Translations under genes and position numbers: made by a program
Notes under the pieces: model-generated
Told to the model about the DNA's origin: nothing
What the model saw: the letters and a program-made list of their open reading frames with translations, nothing else
Databases searched by the model: none
Part shown: positions 34,477 through 44,407 of the stretch, one piece after another
Numbering within the stretch: the first letter of the stretch is position 1
Layout of the letters: each line of letters begins with the position of its first letter
Origin: a virus
Taxonomy: Duplodnaviria; Caudoviricetes
IMG/VR virus record: IMGVR_UViG_3300031775_000001
Span: 19,812-83,811 of that record
Length of the DNA: 64,000 bases
Direction: 5' to 3' (one strand)

Positions 34477-35638
34477 TTTTCGTATATATTATGTAGTAAT
34501 CGAGATCTTCCCAAAAGTCTACAGTATCAATGACCTTTTGCTCCGAACCATCGAAGTCAACCCCCGTGATCCAGTTAGCTTTTGATTGAAACTTTTTTCC
34601 ATTTGAAAGAATTAATTTGCCCGACTTAAAGAAAGTATTATCTCCTATTTCTACATCAGGGTCAAGATCTTTCTTCGATTTTTTTTCTATCAAAGGAACT
34701 TCGAGGTCTATATTGAGCAACCTAACTTTATCCACAATATTTTCATCATCACAGAAAAAATTAGGAGAAATTCCAACCCTCCTAAGAGCTGTAAGATAAT
34801 TCTTGTCAAATTCCCCCGTCAAATTAAAGAAAACAGATTTTAAGGAACTTCTTATTTTTAAAAGAGCCGAAGGATCAATAGGTTTATCTTGGGGCAAAAA
34901 TAAAGATAAGTTTTTACCCTTAGCCCATGCAAATAAAAATTTATAATCTGGATGATAATCAAACCTAAGATTAAGTACTGACTTGGGCAAAAAATGATCA
35001 GAGGGGACAAAGTCCGGTATTACTTCAATAACTTTAGATGAATACAGGGATCCCATATGAAGGTAACTTAAATTATTAAGGTCATTCTCTATTTTTAATA
35101 AACTTAAAATAGATTTAGCTACATCCAGTGGGCTTATTTCGTTTATGGTTTTGGGGAATTCAACATAAGAATGAGAGGGGATATTATCTATGTCTGGAGT
35201 TATATTTAGACGTTTAGATTCGTCCCCCCAATAGCATACATCTTCATCTGGATGTATGTCAGAATACAAAGTAACGCATGGGACATCATAGACGCCAGAC
35301 AAAACAGAAAATAAACCCGTGGAGCAACATACTAACTCTGCATTTTTCATTAAAAAACAACGATGACCAAACTGAGTACCGCTTTTGAAATCCAAAGTTC
35401 CCTCTATTCCCGGAGCACCTGATTCACTTATGTCCAATATAGAAATGTCGTGATCCCTTAAAAAGGGAGTTATTAATGATACGACTTCAGATAAATAATT
35501 GTACTTTCGACTATCAATAATATGTTCAGAAAAAATACAAATATATTTATTCGAAACGACAGGGAAAAATAACTCATTAACTATTGGTTCTTTTATTTTA
35601 AGAGCCGAATGCAAACTAAGCTTTTCTAATTTATTCAT
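34466..35638 (-). CDS. glycosyltransferase family 9-like (C-terminal half) fused to an unknown domain
   Basis: RKYNYLSEVV, MKNAELVCCSTGLFSVLSG..DVPCVTLYS. Confidence 0.6.
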   Translation of the reverse strand: MNKLEKLSLHSALKIKEPIVNELFFPVVSNKYICIFSEHIIDSRKYNYLSEVVSLITPFLRDHDISILDISESGAPGIEGTLDFKSGTQFGHRCFLMKNAELVCCSTGLFSVLSGVYDVPCVTLYSDIHPDEDVCYWGDESKRLNITPDIDNIPSHSYVEFPKTINEISPLDVAKSILSLLKIENDLNNLSYLHMGSLYSSKVIEVIPDFVPSDHFLPKSVLNLRFDYHPDYKFLFAWAKGKNLSLFLPQDKPIDPSALLKIRSSLKSVFFNLTGEFDKNYLTALRRVGISPNFFCDDENIVDKVRLLNIDLEVPLIEKKSKKDLDPDVEIGDNTFFKSGKLILSNGKKFQSKANWITGVDFDGSEQKVIDTVDFWEDLDYYIIYTKNDT

Positions 35639-37527
35639 AAAATAGAAAATTGATTATTAATTGTACCATAACAAGAAGAGTCTCTATCAAATACGTCAGT
35701 TACATCGCAAAAATAATCAAAATAAGGGTCTTTAGATCCAAACCCCAACATAAGTGATTCCTTTCTAATGCTCTCCCGAAACGGAAGCAGCTTATGCACT
35801 GAAGGGTGGCCTGATATTAAATGATGATAATCATTTTTGCAGGAAACATATAAATCATAATTTGGATGGGATTCAGTGAAAGATTTAAATATTGTTGTAC
35901 ATAAAATCAAATCAGAAGCTGAACCACCAAAAACCAAAAGAGCTCTCTTGTTTCCTGTGTCATCTAGGAATTCATCAAACTCAATTTGCTTAGAGGATTC
36001 ATTCTGAGACGCGATCTTCTTGAAGTAATTTAACACCTCTCCCCTATCTAAGTCTGACTCCAGCCTAGCGATCCAATGTTTTACCCCTTCGTCGTCTGGC
36101 CCGACCTTTCTGAGCAAAATGTTCTTATACAAATCAGTCACCCATTCAATATCCGAAGTTATTTCGGGGGGATTGTAATTAGGGTTTCCTTTCGGGGCTG
36201 AGAAATTAAAATCCCAATCAACCGCTGGCATGGAATCTATAATACCTTCCAGCTCTTTACCTACAGCTTGAATCGAATAATTTTCAAGAATATATTTTCT
36301 CGCCTTCTTTCCTAGAGCTTTCCTCTTGGCTTGAGGCATCTTTAAAATTTTCTCAAGATACTTTGCTATGGAATTTTTATCCGTGCTCGCCTTGATGAAC
36401 TGGGTTCCTGGTTCTCGATATTCAGACCATTTAAGTGGAAACCCAGCACTATCAGAAGAACTAGAGTCCGTCCCACATGCATAGTCCGTAACCAGAGTTA
36501 TTAGTTCTGTTAATTTAGCCTCTTGAATAGGTAATTCCTGACCGCCAGATGTAAACGGGTGGCAGTACACATCCATTAGGTTATAAACTTCGTTCAGTTG
36601 TAGCTCATCCACCCCGGCGGAGACGGAAACGGTTGATTGAGACCCTTTTGATCCACAAAACCTGCAATCGTTTTCATTTGAAGTGAAAGGCTTAACCTCA
36701 TACGAGTTACATTTAGAGCAAAAGTAAGTAGCAAGAACATCTTCCTTGTCAATACTCTTCTCCTCTATTAATCTTGGAATGTCCCACCCTTCTGTCCAAT
36801 TCGTATGAAGTAATAGTTTTGCTTTGCTTTTCGGGTTTCTTTTTTTAAATATAGAAAATCCATCTAACAGATACGGAACAGACTTCCTTAATTGATTCCT
36901 AAAGACAAACCCAATAACAAAATCATCCAAGTCTATCCCATTTGCTTGCCTAAGAGAGCTCCTCTTTTCATCCTCTAGTCTGTAAAAATTAGAAGGGTCT
37001 GTTGAGCCGTGCAATTTCTTGACATGACCAAACCCTTTTTCTGCCAAGGCTTTCTGAGCAAAAGACGCCCACACATAATAGTTTTTAATCTCAGAGGCAA
37101 CCCTTAAAGCTTCCGGTAAAATAGGCAGACTATCTAAGGTCGTCCAGACCATACAGTTTATCTTATTCCACCAAGGCTTTTCATAATATCCAGAAAAAGC
37201 CCAAATATCCTCAACTCCTATGTATACATCTGGTTTGACTTCTTCTATTACCTTATCTATAACAAGACCTCCATACCCTGCGGATCTTTTAAGAGCAGGA
37301 TCTTTTGAAGCGGAATCCAATTCGGCCTGTGTATTGGGCAAACCACCGAGGGTTCGCCAAGGCATAGTTTTTAATTCTGAATGAGAATGGGATATTCCAT
37401 TCGCGAGTTCTATAACTTCATATTTCCCAGTGTCCGATAAATATTTTAAAATATTTTTAGAATTTTTACCAAAACCAGTTAAAAGCCTAGAATGATTGCT
37501 ATGTATTAATACTTTTTTCTTTTCCAT
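35635..37527 (-). CDS. GT4 glycosyltransferase with Zn ribbon, DUF4214-like and GT9 N-terminal domains
   Basis: FVFRNQLRKS, LNEVYNLMDVY..P..SGGQELPIQEA; CSKC..CRFC; LYKNILLR..DDEGVKHW; SDLILCTT. Confidence 0.8.
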   Translation of the reverse strand: MEKKKVLIHSNHSRLLTGFGKNSKNILKYLSDTGKYEVIELANGISHSHSELKTMPWRTLGGLPNTQAELDSASKDPALKRSAGYGGLVIDKVIEEVKPDVYIGVEDIWAFSGYYEKPWWNKINCMVWTTLDSLPILPEALRVASEIKNYYVWASFAQKALAEKGFGHVKKLHGSTDPSNFYRLEDEKRSSLRQANGIDLDDFVIGFVFRNQLRKSVPYLLDGFSIFKKRNPKSKAKLLLHTNWTEGWDIPRLIEEKSIDKEDVLATYFCSKCNSYEVKPFTSNENDCRFCGSKGSQSTVSVSAGVDELQLNEVYNLMDVYCHPFTSGGQELPIQEAKLTELITLVTDYACGTDSSSSDSAGFPLKWSEYREPGTQFIKASTDKNSIAKYLEKILKMPQAKRKALGKKARKYILENYSIQAVGKELEGIIDSMPAVDWDFNFSAPKGNPNYNPPEITSDIEWVTDLYKNILLRKVGPDDEGVKHWIARLESDLDRGEVLNYFKKIASQNESSKQIEFDEFLDDTGNKRALLVFGGSASDLILCTTIFKSFTESHPNYDLYVSCKNDYHHLISGHPSVHKLLPFRESIRKESLMLGFGSKDPYFDYFCDVTDVFDRDSSCYGTINNQFSIL

Positions 37528-38213
37528 CAATAATATGAAGACTCGTCATCAACAACCTTGTCATCTTCTTTGTTGTCTTTTTTTTGCTTTTTGTCTTTTT
37601 TTGGAGAAGAAACTTTTGGAAAGGAGTCTATGTCCAAAAACAAATCATCATTTTTCTGATCCTTTACATCATCCTTGGAGATTTCTCGGAAAGAATCTAC
37701 AGAAACTGGAGAATCTATGTAATCAAAGTAGATAGATAGAAACCTTTTGAAGTAATGAAGCATGTTTTGGCATTCACCGGGGGACAAAGGTATCTTTATG
37801 GGGCTAAAACTACCCTTCTTCAAGGACAACCCAAAGCTTGGAAGTATATCCCCAGAGGGTTCCTGCTGTTTTGTAGAGGGATTATACTTGGAAGACCTAG
37901 AGGGTTGATCCCACGGTGAAAAATTCAATGTGGTAGAACTGTCGTTAAAGGTATGAAAAGCACTGAACTCATGTCGGTTTTCAATTGAAGAAATAATACT
38001 TCCACATTCAATATGATTAATTTTCATATTAACCGTATGTTCTGGTTGGTCTTTATTACCAGCAAAAGATCCTCTTTTGCCAGAAGAACTCCAGCTGAAC
38101 TGCCTGATCATATTGATGAACAGCGTCGGTTCCTTGTCGCCAGGATTGGATATGTTTATATTAAGGGCTGACCCTTGATTCTTGCTGTTTGGTTTGTAAA
38201 ATGGTAAAGACAT
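37527..38213 (-). CDS. conserved large-phage protein, possibly ssDNA-binding (PC4/Whirly-like)
   Basis: FYKPNSKNQG...RQFSW...AFH, acidic C-terminal tail. Confidence 0.45.
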   Translation of the reverse strand: MSLPFYKPNSKNQGSALNINISNPGDKEPTLFINMIRQFSWSSSGKRGSFAGNKDQPEHTVNMKINHIECGSIISSIENRHEFSAFHTFNDSSTTLNFSPWDQPSRSSKYNPSTKQQEPSGDILPSFGLSLKKGSFSPIKIPLSPGECQNMLHYFKRFLSIYFDYIDSPVSVDSFREISKDDVKDQKNDDLFLDIDSFPKVSSPKKDKKQKKDNKEDDKVVDDESSYY

Positions 38214-38252
38214 GATTGTATATTTTTAATAGGAATAACCTATTGTAAAATA

Positions 38253-40697
38253 TCAATCGATATCTGTCAAGTCCAATTTGATCAAACCTTTCTTTTTTTT
38301 CAAAATCTTTTTCGATAATATATTTTCTATCTTATTTCGAATCAATCTATTTACTGGGCGAGCACCCATTTTCTCGGCAAAAGCTAAATCACTAAGGTGA
38401 CTCACAATGTCATCCCCAATAACCAATTTGATACCTTTTTTCTTTAATTTTAAAACCAAAGCTTTGATATGAGATTTTAAAATGAACTTAATATGATCTT
38501 TAGAGAAGGCTTTGAAGACAACAACCCCGTCAACCCTATTGATGAACTCTGGACTAAAAGTATCTTTTGCCTTTTCGGAAATTTTAGAATCAATGTTAGA
38601 CTTGTTATTGGAAAACCCTATAGAGGTCTCTTTGTCAAATAAATCAGCACCCAAATTACCGGTCATTATTATAATGCAATTCTTAAAGTCAGCAACCCTA
38701 CCCAACCCGTCGGTAATTCTACCTTCCTCTAAGACCTGCAAGAGAGTGTGAATAACAGATGGGTGAGCTTTTTCTATTTCATCCAATAAAAGAACAGAAT
38801 AAGGATTTTTTCTAATTTTTTCAGTCAATTGCCCTCCTTCTTCGTATCCAACATAACCCGGAGACGCCCCAACCAATCTAGATGTATTTGCTTTTTCGGA
38901 ATACTCGCTCATGTCTACATGAATAAGATTCTTTTCGCTTCCGAAAAATAATTTCGCTAAAGCCTTGGCTGAGAAAGTTTTGCCAGTGCCTGTTTCCCCT
39001 AGCAAGAGAAACGATCCTATTGGCTTGGAGTCATCTTTTAAACCGCTTTTCGCCCTCAAGATAGATTTGGATATAGTGGAGACGGCCTCTTCTTGGAATA
39101 AAATAACCTTATTAAGGGATTTTTCTAATTTAAGAAGCATGTCCGACTCTTTTTGTGAAATATTATTAACAGGAACTCCTGTTTTAGACGAAACCACATC
39201 ATAAATATCTTTTTGCGTCACATAAAAAGATTTTGAGAGCAAATCTTCCGACCAATCATTTAATATTTTCTCATACTTAATTAGCAAACCCTCTCTTTTT
39301 CTCTTTATTTGGGGATCAATTATTTCATTTTCGCCTTCTCGAACCAAAACTGCAATTTGATCTTCAATAACCAAGGCTTCAGGAGGCTTTACCAAGTTTC
39401 TCATTTTTACTCTAGCCCCAGCTTGATCTAAAATATCAATAGCCTTATCTGGCAAATACTTGTCGTTCATGTACTTAATGGACAAATCAACAGCCAGTTT
39501 AAATATATTTTTTCTGTATTTCACATGGTGAAACTCTTCATATTTAGGAGCTACCCCTTCTAGTATTTTTACAGCCTCAACACCGGAAGGCTCCTCAACA
39601 TTAACTTCCTGAAATCTTCGATCCAAAGCCCCATCTTTCATTATGGATCTGGAGTATTCTTTCGGAGTTGTCGCCCCAATACATCTAATATCACCTCGGG
39701 CCAAAGCAGGCTTTAATATATTCGCTGCATCCATACTCCCTTCGGCACTCCCGGCCCCTATCAGAGTGTGTATCTCATCTATAAATAACACCACATTGGA
39801 GGAAGACTTTGCCTCTTCTATTATCTGTTTCAGCCTTTGTTCAAATTGGCCTCTATATTTTGTGCCTGCTATCATCGAGGCCAAATCTACTTCGTAGATA
39901 ATTTTTGAACAAAGTAAATCAGAAGCTTTATTATTTACTATTCTCTCTGCTAAGCCTTCTACTAAGCTTGTTTTGCCCGTTCCGGGAAGGCCAATCAATA
40001 TGGGATTATTCTTATTTCTTCTGCATAAAATTTCAGAAATCTTCTCAAGCTCCCCTTCCTTGCAAATAACTTTATCAAATTTTCCTTCAGAAGCCAAAAC
40101 ATTATAATTCTTCGCGAATTTCTGAAGAGCCGAACCCTTCTCTGACCTTTTGGGTCTGCTTTGGCCCGGATTAAAGGATTCTTCCTGAGTAGGCTCATCT
40201 ATAGGCGCGGATGTTGATGGCAATAGGTGAGAATAATCACCTCCTATTAAAAACATTTTTAAAAACTCAGAAACATTGTCGCAATCCACACCTAATTCAT
40301 CGAAGTATTTGCGAAGAGGAGAACTCTTATCAACCAGCATTATAAAGAAAATATGCTCTAGCCCTACATAGCCATGATTCAACTCATTGGCGAAATCATT
40401 TGACTTATTTAATATTAATTGAAAATCCTTGGAGTACTTTGCCGTCTGAACCTGAAGCTCAGAGTCATCATAGCTAGGGTCTAATATGATATGATCTAAA
40501 ACAAACTCTTTAAAATCATTTATATCTATATTGATTCTTGAAAATATTTCTAATATAGCAGTTTGATCTGTATCCAAAACAGATATAAGTAAATGATCTA
40601 GACTTACATCCGAAGATTGTAGTTGAATAGCCTTCTGTTTTGCTAACTTAATGACCTCCTTAGCTCTAGGAGTGAAATTTGGCTTTGTTGACATCAT
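38253..40697 (-). CDS. clpC: ClpC/ClpA-family AAA+ unfoldase subunit
   Basis: Two Clp-N repeats, GLPGTGKT, FIDEIH, LARG, GETGTGKT, LLDEIEKAH, MGARP. Confidence 0.92.
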   Translation of the reverse strand: MMSTKPNFTPRAKEVIKLAKQKAIQLQSSDVSLDHLLISVLDTDQTAILEIFSRINIDINDFKEFVLDHIILDPSYDDSELQVQTAKYSKDFQLILNKSNDFANELNHGYVGLEHIFFIMLVDKSSPLRKYFDELGVDCDNVSEFLKMFLIGGDYSHLLPSTSAPIDEPTQEESFNPGQSRPKRSEKGSALQKFAKNYNVLASEGKFDKVICKEGELEKISEILCRRNKNNPILIGLPGTGKTSLVEGLAERIVNNKASDLLCSKIIYEVDLASMIAGTKYRGQFEQRLKQIIEEAKSSSNVVLFIDEIHTLIGAGSAEGSMDAANILKPALARGDIRCIGATTPKEYSRSIMKDGALDRRFQEVNVEEPSGVEAVKILEGVAPKYEEFHHVKYRKNIFKLAVDLSIKYMNDKYLPDKAIDILDQAGARVKMRNLVKPPEALVIEDQIAVLVREGENEIIDPQIKRKREGLLIKYEKILNDWSEDLLSKSFYVTQKDIYDVVSSKTGVPVNNISQKESDMLLKLEKSLNKVILFQEEAVSTISKSILRAKSGLKDDSKPIGSFLLLGETGTGKTFSAKALAKLFFGSEKNLIHVDMSEYSEKANTSRLVGASPGYVGYEEGGQLTEKIRKNPYSVLLLDEIEKAHPSVIHTLLQVLEEGRITDGLGRVADFKNCIIIMTGNLGADLFDKETSIGFSNNKSNIDSKISEKAKDTFSPEFINRVDGVVVFKAFSKDHIKFILKSHIKALVLKLKKKGIKLVIGDDIVSHLSDLAFAEKMGARPVNRLIRNKIENILSKKILKKKKGLIKLDLTDID

Positions 40698-40708
40698 AAA
40701 TAATTACA

Positions 40709-43273
40709 CTATTTTATATCTGATAATTTCATATAGATTTTTTCGTCCACAATAGAAAGCTTATCCAAGAACAAAATATCATCTCCTTTTTGCCCAGTAA
40801 TGATCACTATATTATCCTTTTTAGGGATCTTCCCCCCATTATTTGTATATTTAGATAAAGCTTTTTCTCTGTTATCCATCATCATTGCATCATAAGTACC
40901 ATACTCATCCGATATGGTCATCTTGATATAGGGTATATCTTTTTTGCTTTTCCTCTTGATGCAGTCCTCTATGACTCCAATGAATTTTCCCCTTTCTTTT
41001 AACTCTAAACCGAAAAAATGAATAGAATTATTTAGGCTTTCATTTTCACCAAACGAATCTTTTAGCTCGGTGCTATGACTAAATCCTAAAAGCTTTCTTT
41101 CGAAATACCAATTAGCAAATTTTTCATAACTTTTATTCCTGTCATAAATTTCTTTATAAGGGTAATATTTCTTTTTAAATGTTTCAAGCCTGCCCTCTGA
41201 GAAGATTACTCTCCCGTCATCAGCAATTAATGATTCTTTTATACATCCATTGATAGTATTTAAGCAATCATACTCAAATCTTTCTCCGAGTTCTATAAAG
41301 TTTCTTTTCTCTCTGTCTGTTAATATATTGAAAGATTGAGCCTCTAGAACCAGTCTAGATCTTTTTGATTTAAAATCAGATAATGCTCCAGCCTGTATTA
41401 GGGAAGAAAGGATTCCTATGTTAAGCCCTGCTTGTTTGGCAGAAATGAAAATTTCATATTTATTTGTGTTCTCAGAATTTCTAAATGAACGGAGGGCGTT
41501 TAATGACTTCTCGCTAATCCCCTTGACGCTGTTAAGGCCAAACCTTATGTTTTTATTGTCAAGAGAAAAGCCCATTTCTGATTGGATCAAGTCAGGAGGC
41601 AAGAGGGTTATATCAAAAAAGGAAAGCTCTTGGCTAATCTTATTGATTTCCTCTTGAGGAGAAGGTTCAAACTGAGTCATTTCCAGAAGAGACAAAAAGA
41701 ACTCTTTTGGATGATTGAACTTTAGGTAAGTAGTCCATGCCGCGAGAATGGAGTAGCAAATCGAATGAGATTTATTAAAAGAATAATTAGCACTATCTTC
41801 GGCAACCTTCCATAAAATAGAACCAATATTTTCATCTAGCCCCAAATCTTTTATTTTGTTCTCTATTTTTTCTTTCCACTCTGGCATCTGAGCCACTTTC
41901 TTTTTCCCAACGATTCTCCTCAATTGCTCTGCTTCATCCAGAGTAAAGCCAACCTTTACGGCCATCTTCATCAATTGCTCTTGATACAAAGGTATGCCTC
42001 CTGTATAGCTAAGGACATCATCGAAAAAACTATGAACACTTTGGAAAGCTCCTGAAGATACATATCTTTCATAGTAATCCATGAATTCTATAGCCCCTGG
42101 CCTCGCTATAGCAACCACAGCACTTAACTGGTCTAGATTTCTGGGTTTAATCTTTTTGCACACTCTAAAATCTGTATCCGCTTCAATCTGGAAAATTCCA
42201 TGACGACTTTTTAAATTTTGCAATGGTTTATAAAGAGAATCCTTTGATAAATCAACATCATAAATATCCATTCCTACATACTTGCATGTATTATAAATGA
42301 CGCTTAAGGTTCTCAGCCCTAGAATATCGAACTTAACCATTAGCTCTGCGACCCAATTCATGTCATAGCCAGTGACTAAAGCCCCTTCTGATGTCTTTTG
42401 GACCGGGCAAATATCTGAAAGTTTTTCGAAGGATATGGCTATTCCAGAGGGATGCACTCCCACATTTTTATTTAACCCCTGAAGTTTTAAGGCTATTTTG
42501 TAAACTTTTTCATTAGAATCAGCCCACGATCTAAATTTTTCACTTTCTTCATAAGCCTCTGGCAAGGGAACTACTAACCCAAATTTCTTTGGGATACTGT
42601 CGCTTATTTCATTTACTTCTTGTTCGCTCATCCCCCCTACGAGTTTACCGCACTCTTTTGCGCATAATTTACCACTAAGAGTCGTAAGGGTTAATATCTT
42701 TGAGGTTCTGCCCGGATATTTAGACTCAATATATTCGATAACCTTATACCGATGTTCATAAGCAATATCATTGTCGACATCAGCCAAGAGGCTACCATCT
42801 AAATAAGAAATCCCATCTTTTTCTACTGTTTTTGCCCGGCTTTTAGATACAAACCTCTCGAAAAATAACTCGTATTTTATTGGATCTACCTGTGTTACTC
42901 CTATCAGGAACAAAACAAGCGACCCAGCCGCCGAACCCCTCCCCGGGCCAGCAGGAATGCCTTCCTCCCTGCAGAAATTAAGAACATCCCAATTAAGAAG
43001 AATATAATCAATAAAACCCAGATCGGAAAGAATTGATAACTCCATGTCGAGCCTGTCAGTATACTCCTGCTTGTTGTGCTTCTCGTTGATTTCATATTTA
43101 TTTTCTCCAGATACGCATAGAGCCTTAAGGAAGTCCAAATTAGAAACTTCATTGGAAATACCAAGTCTTTTGTAATGCCTCTGCTCTATGACGATCTTAG
43201 GCAATCTAACTCCCGGTGGGGAGCATCCTTCATAAGAAGAAAAGTTATTATAAAAAGAGTTTTTTGTCATCAA
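40709..43273 (-). CDS. dnaE: DNA polymerase III alpha subunit core (palm/thumb/fingers/OB), lacking PHP
   Basis: GPGRGSAAGS, ERF, DVDND, HPSG, KFDILGL, YQEQLM, FNKSH. Confidence 0.92.
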   Translation of the reverse strand: MMTKNSFYNNFSSYEGCSPPGVRLPKIVIEQRHYKRLGISNEVSNLDFLKALCVSGENKYEINEKHNKQEYTDRLDMELSILSDLGFIDYILLNWDVLNFCREEGIPAGPGRGSAAGSLVLFLIGVTQVDPIKYELFFERFVSKSRAKTVEKDGISYLDGSLLADVDNDIAYEHRYKVIEYIESKYPGRTSKILTLTTLSGKLCAKECGKLVGGMSEQEVNEISDSIPKKFGLVVPLPEAYEESEKFRSWADSNEKVYKIALKLQGLNKNVGVHPSGIAISFEKLSDICPVQKTSEGALVTGYDMNWVAELMVKFDILGLRTLSVIYNTCKYVGMDIYDVDLSKDSLYKPLQNLKSRHGIFQIEADTDFRVCKKIKPRNLDQLSAVVAIARPGAIEFMDYYERYVSSGAFQSVHSFFDDVLSYTGGIPLYQEQLMKMAVKVGFTLDEAEQLRRIVGKKKVAQMPEWKEKIENKIKDLGLDENIGSILWKVAEDSANYSFNKSHSICYSILAAWTTYLKFNHPKEFFLSLLEMTQFEPSPQEEINKISQELSFFDITLLPPDLIQSEMGFSLDNKNIRFGLNSVKGISEKSLNALRSFRNSENTNKYEIFISAKQAGLNIGILSSLIQAGALSDFKSKRSRLVLEAQSFNILTDREKRNFIELGERFEYDCLNTINGCIKESLIADDGRVIFSEGRLETFKKKYYPYKEIYDRNKSYEKFANWYFERKLLGFSHSTELKDSFGENESLNNSIHFFGLELKERGKFIGVIEDCIKRKSKKDIPYIKMTISDEYGTYDAMMMDNREKALSKYTNNGGKIPKKDNIVIITGQKGDDILFLDKLSIVDEKIYMKLSDIK

Positions 43274-43766
43274 TAGGTTTCCCCATAACAGAAAGAGGGA
43301 CTATATAGTTGATCGGCATCCCTTTTCCATATTGTTTTTCTATTTTAAATTGATCGAATGATTTTTTTGAAATCGTCCCAAGGATCTCAACGGTATTATT
43401 AAGGCGCAATTGCTCTTTATTTATCCTAACCAATACATAAAGGGACGGATCTCTAGCTTCATATTCTGTTTTTTTAATCTTTAGTTCCGGCTCGCCCTTA
43501 CCGATATAAGTAATCGCTTTTACTTCTACATTGGGGAAATCCTCCCCTGGGTCTCTGACTGGATATATGTTTTTATCTATTTCTTGATTGCTGTATTTAG
43601 CCCATGCAAGTTCCCCAAGAATACCTATTGTATGAGCAGCATACTCAGATTCGTGATTTCCCAACCGATAGGAATTCCTAAAAGAAATATCTTTTGCATC
43701 ATGCCTTTCTCTAGCAAGATCTCTTGCCTCGCGTAAGTCATCATCACTAAAGCATATCTTAATCAT
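43248..43766 (-). CDS. putative PD-(D/E)XK nuclease
   Basis: GILGELAWAKY...D...D...VEVKA. Confidence 0.5.
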   Translation of the reverse strand: MIKICFSDDDLREARDLARERHDAKDISFRNSYRLGNHESEYAAHTIGILGELAWAKYSNQEIDKNIYPVRDPGEDFPNVEVKAITYIGKGEPELKIKKTEYEARDPSLYVLVRINKEQLRLNNTVEILGTISKKSFDQFKIEKQYGKGMPINYIVPLSVMGKPIDDKKLFL

Positions 43767-44404
43767 ACTTCAAATGCCCAGATTAATTTCTGGAAAACCT
43801 CAAAGTTTTTCTCTATATCGTATAAGGCATCGTGGAGTTTTGAGGGGTCAAAATCTATATCATAATCCACGCATAGTTGTTTTAAATTAGTCTTTACCCC
43901 TCTTTGTCTAATGCCTACCATTCTGTATTGCCATGACAATAAGTCATCATCTTTATCTAAATTAATTCCCATTTTTATGCCCTTGGCGATGCAATTTGTA
44001 TCAACCAAGCGATTCACATAAGAAAAATCAGTATCTTTATTTAATAAATGACGGTTAATATTATGGATGTAAACATCAAATCCTAATAGATTATGACCCA
44101 CGCTCATATATTCTTCGTCGTAAAGATATTTCTCGAAAAGTTCAAGAGGTTTCTCTGGGGCAACCGCAAGTTTTTTATATTTAGATTTAGTCCACCCTGT
44201 TATTCTGGCTGCGTCTGGAGATACCTCAATATCGTCCCAATGCAACCAATAGTTATGGCGAGATAAAATCTTTTTACCCTCGCACAAAAGGAACGCAAGT
44301 TGCCAAGGCTTATTAGATAGTGACCCTAGGTTTAAGCCACAAGTCTCATAATCAAACACCAAGTACTTTTGGCGATTTCGGAATCTAAGAAGGTTTTCTT
44401 TCAA
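43763..44404 (-). CDS. dnaQ: DEDDh 3'-5' exonuclease (Pol III epsilon-like)
   Basis: FDYET, VGHN..GFD, LVDT, HDALYD. Confidence 0.88.
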   Translation of the reverse strand: MKENLLRFRNRQKYLVFDYETCGLNLGSLSNKPWQLAFLLCEGKKILSRHNYWLHWDDIEVSPDAARITGWTKSKYKKLAVAPEKPLELFEKYLYDEEYMSVGHNLLGFDVYIHNINRHLLNKDTDFSYVNRLVDTNCIAKGIKMGINLDKDDDLLSWQYRMVGIRQRGVKTNLKQLCVDYDIDFDPSKLHDALYDIEKNFEVFQKLIWAFEV

Positions 44405-44407
44405 TAC

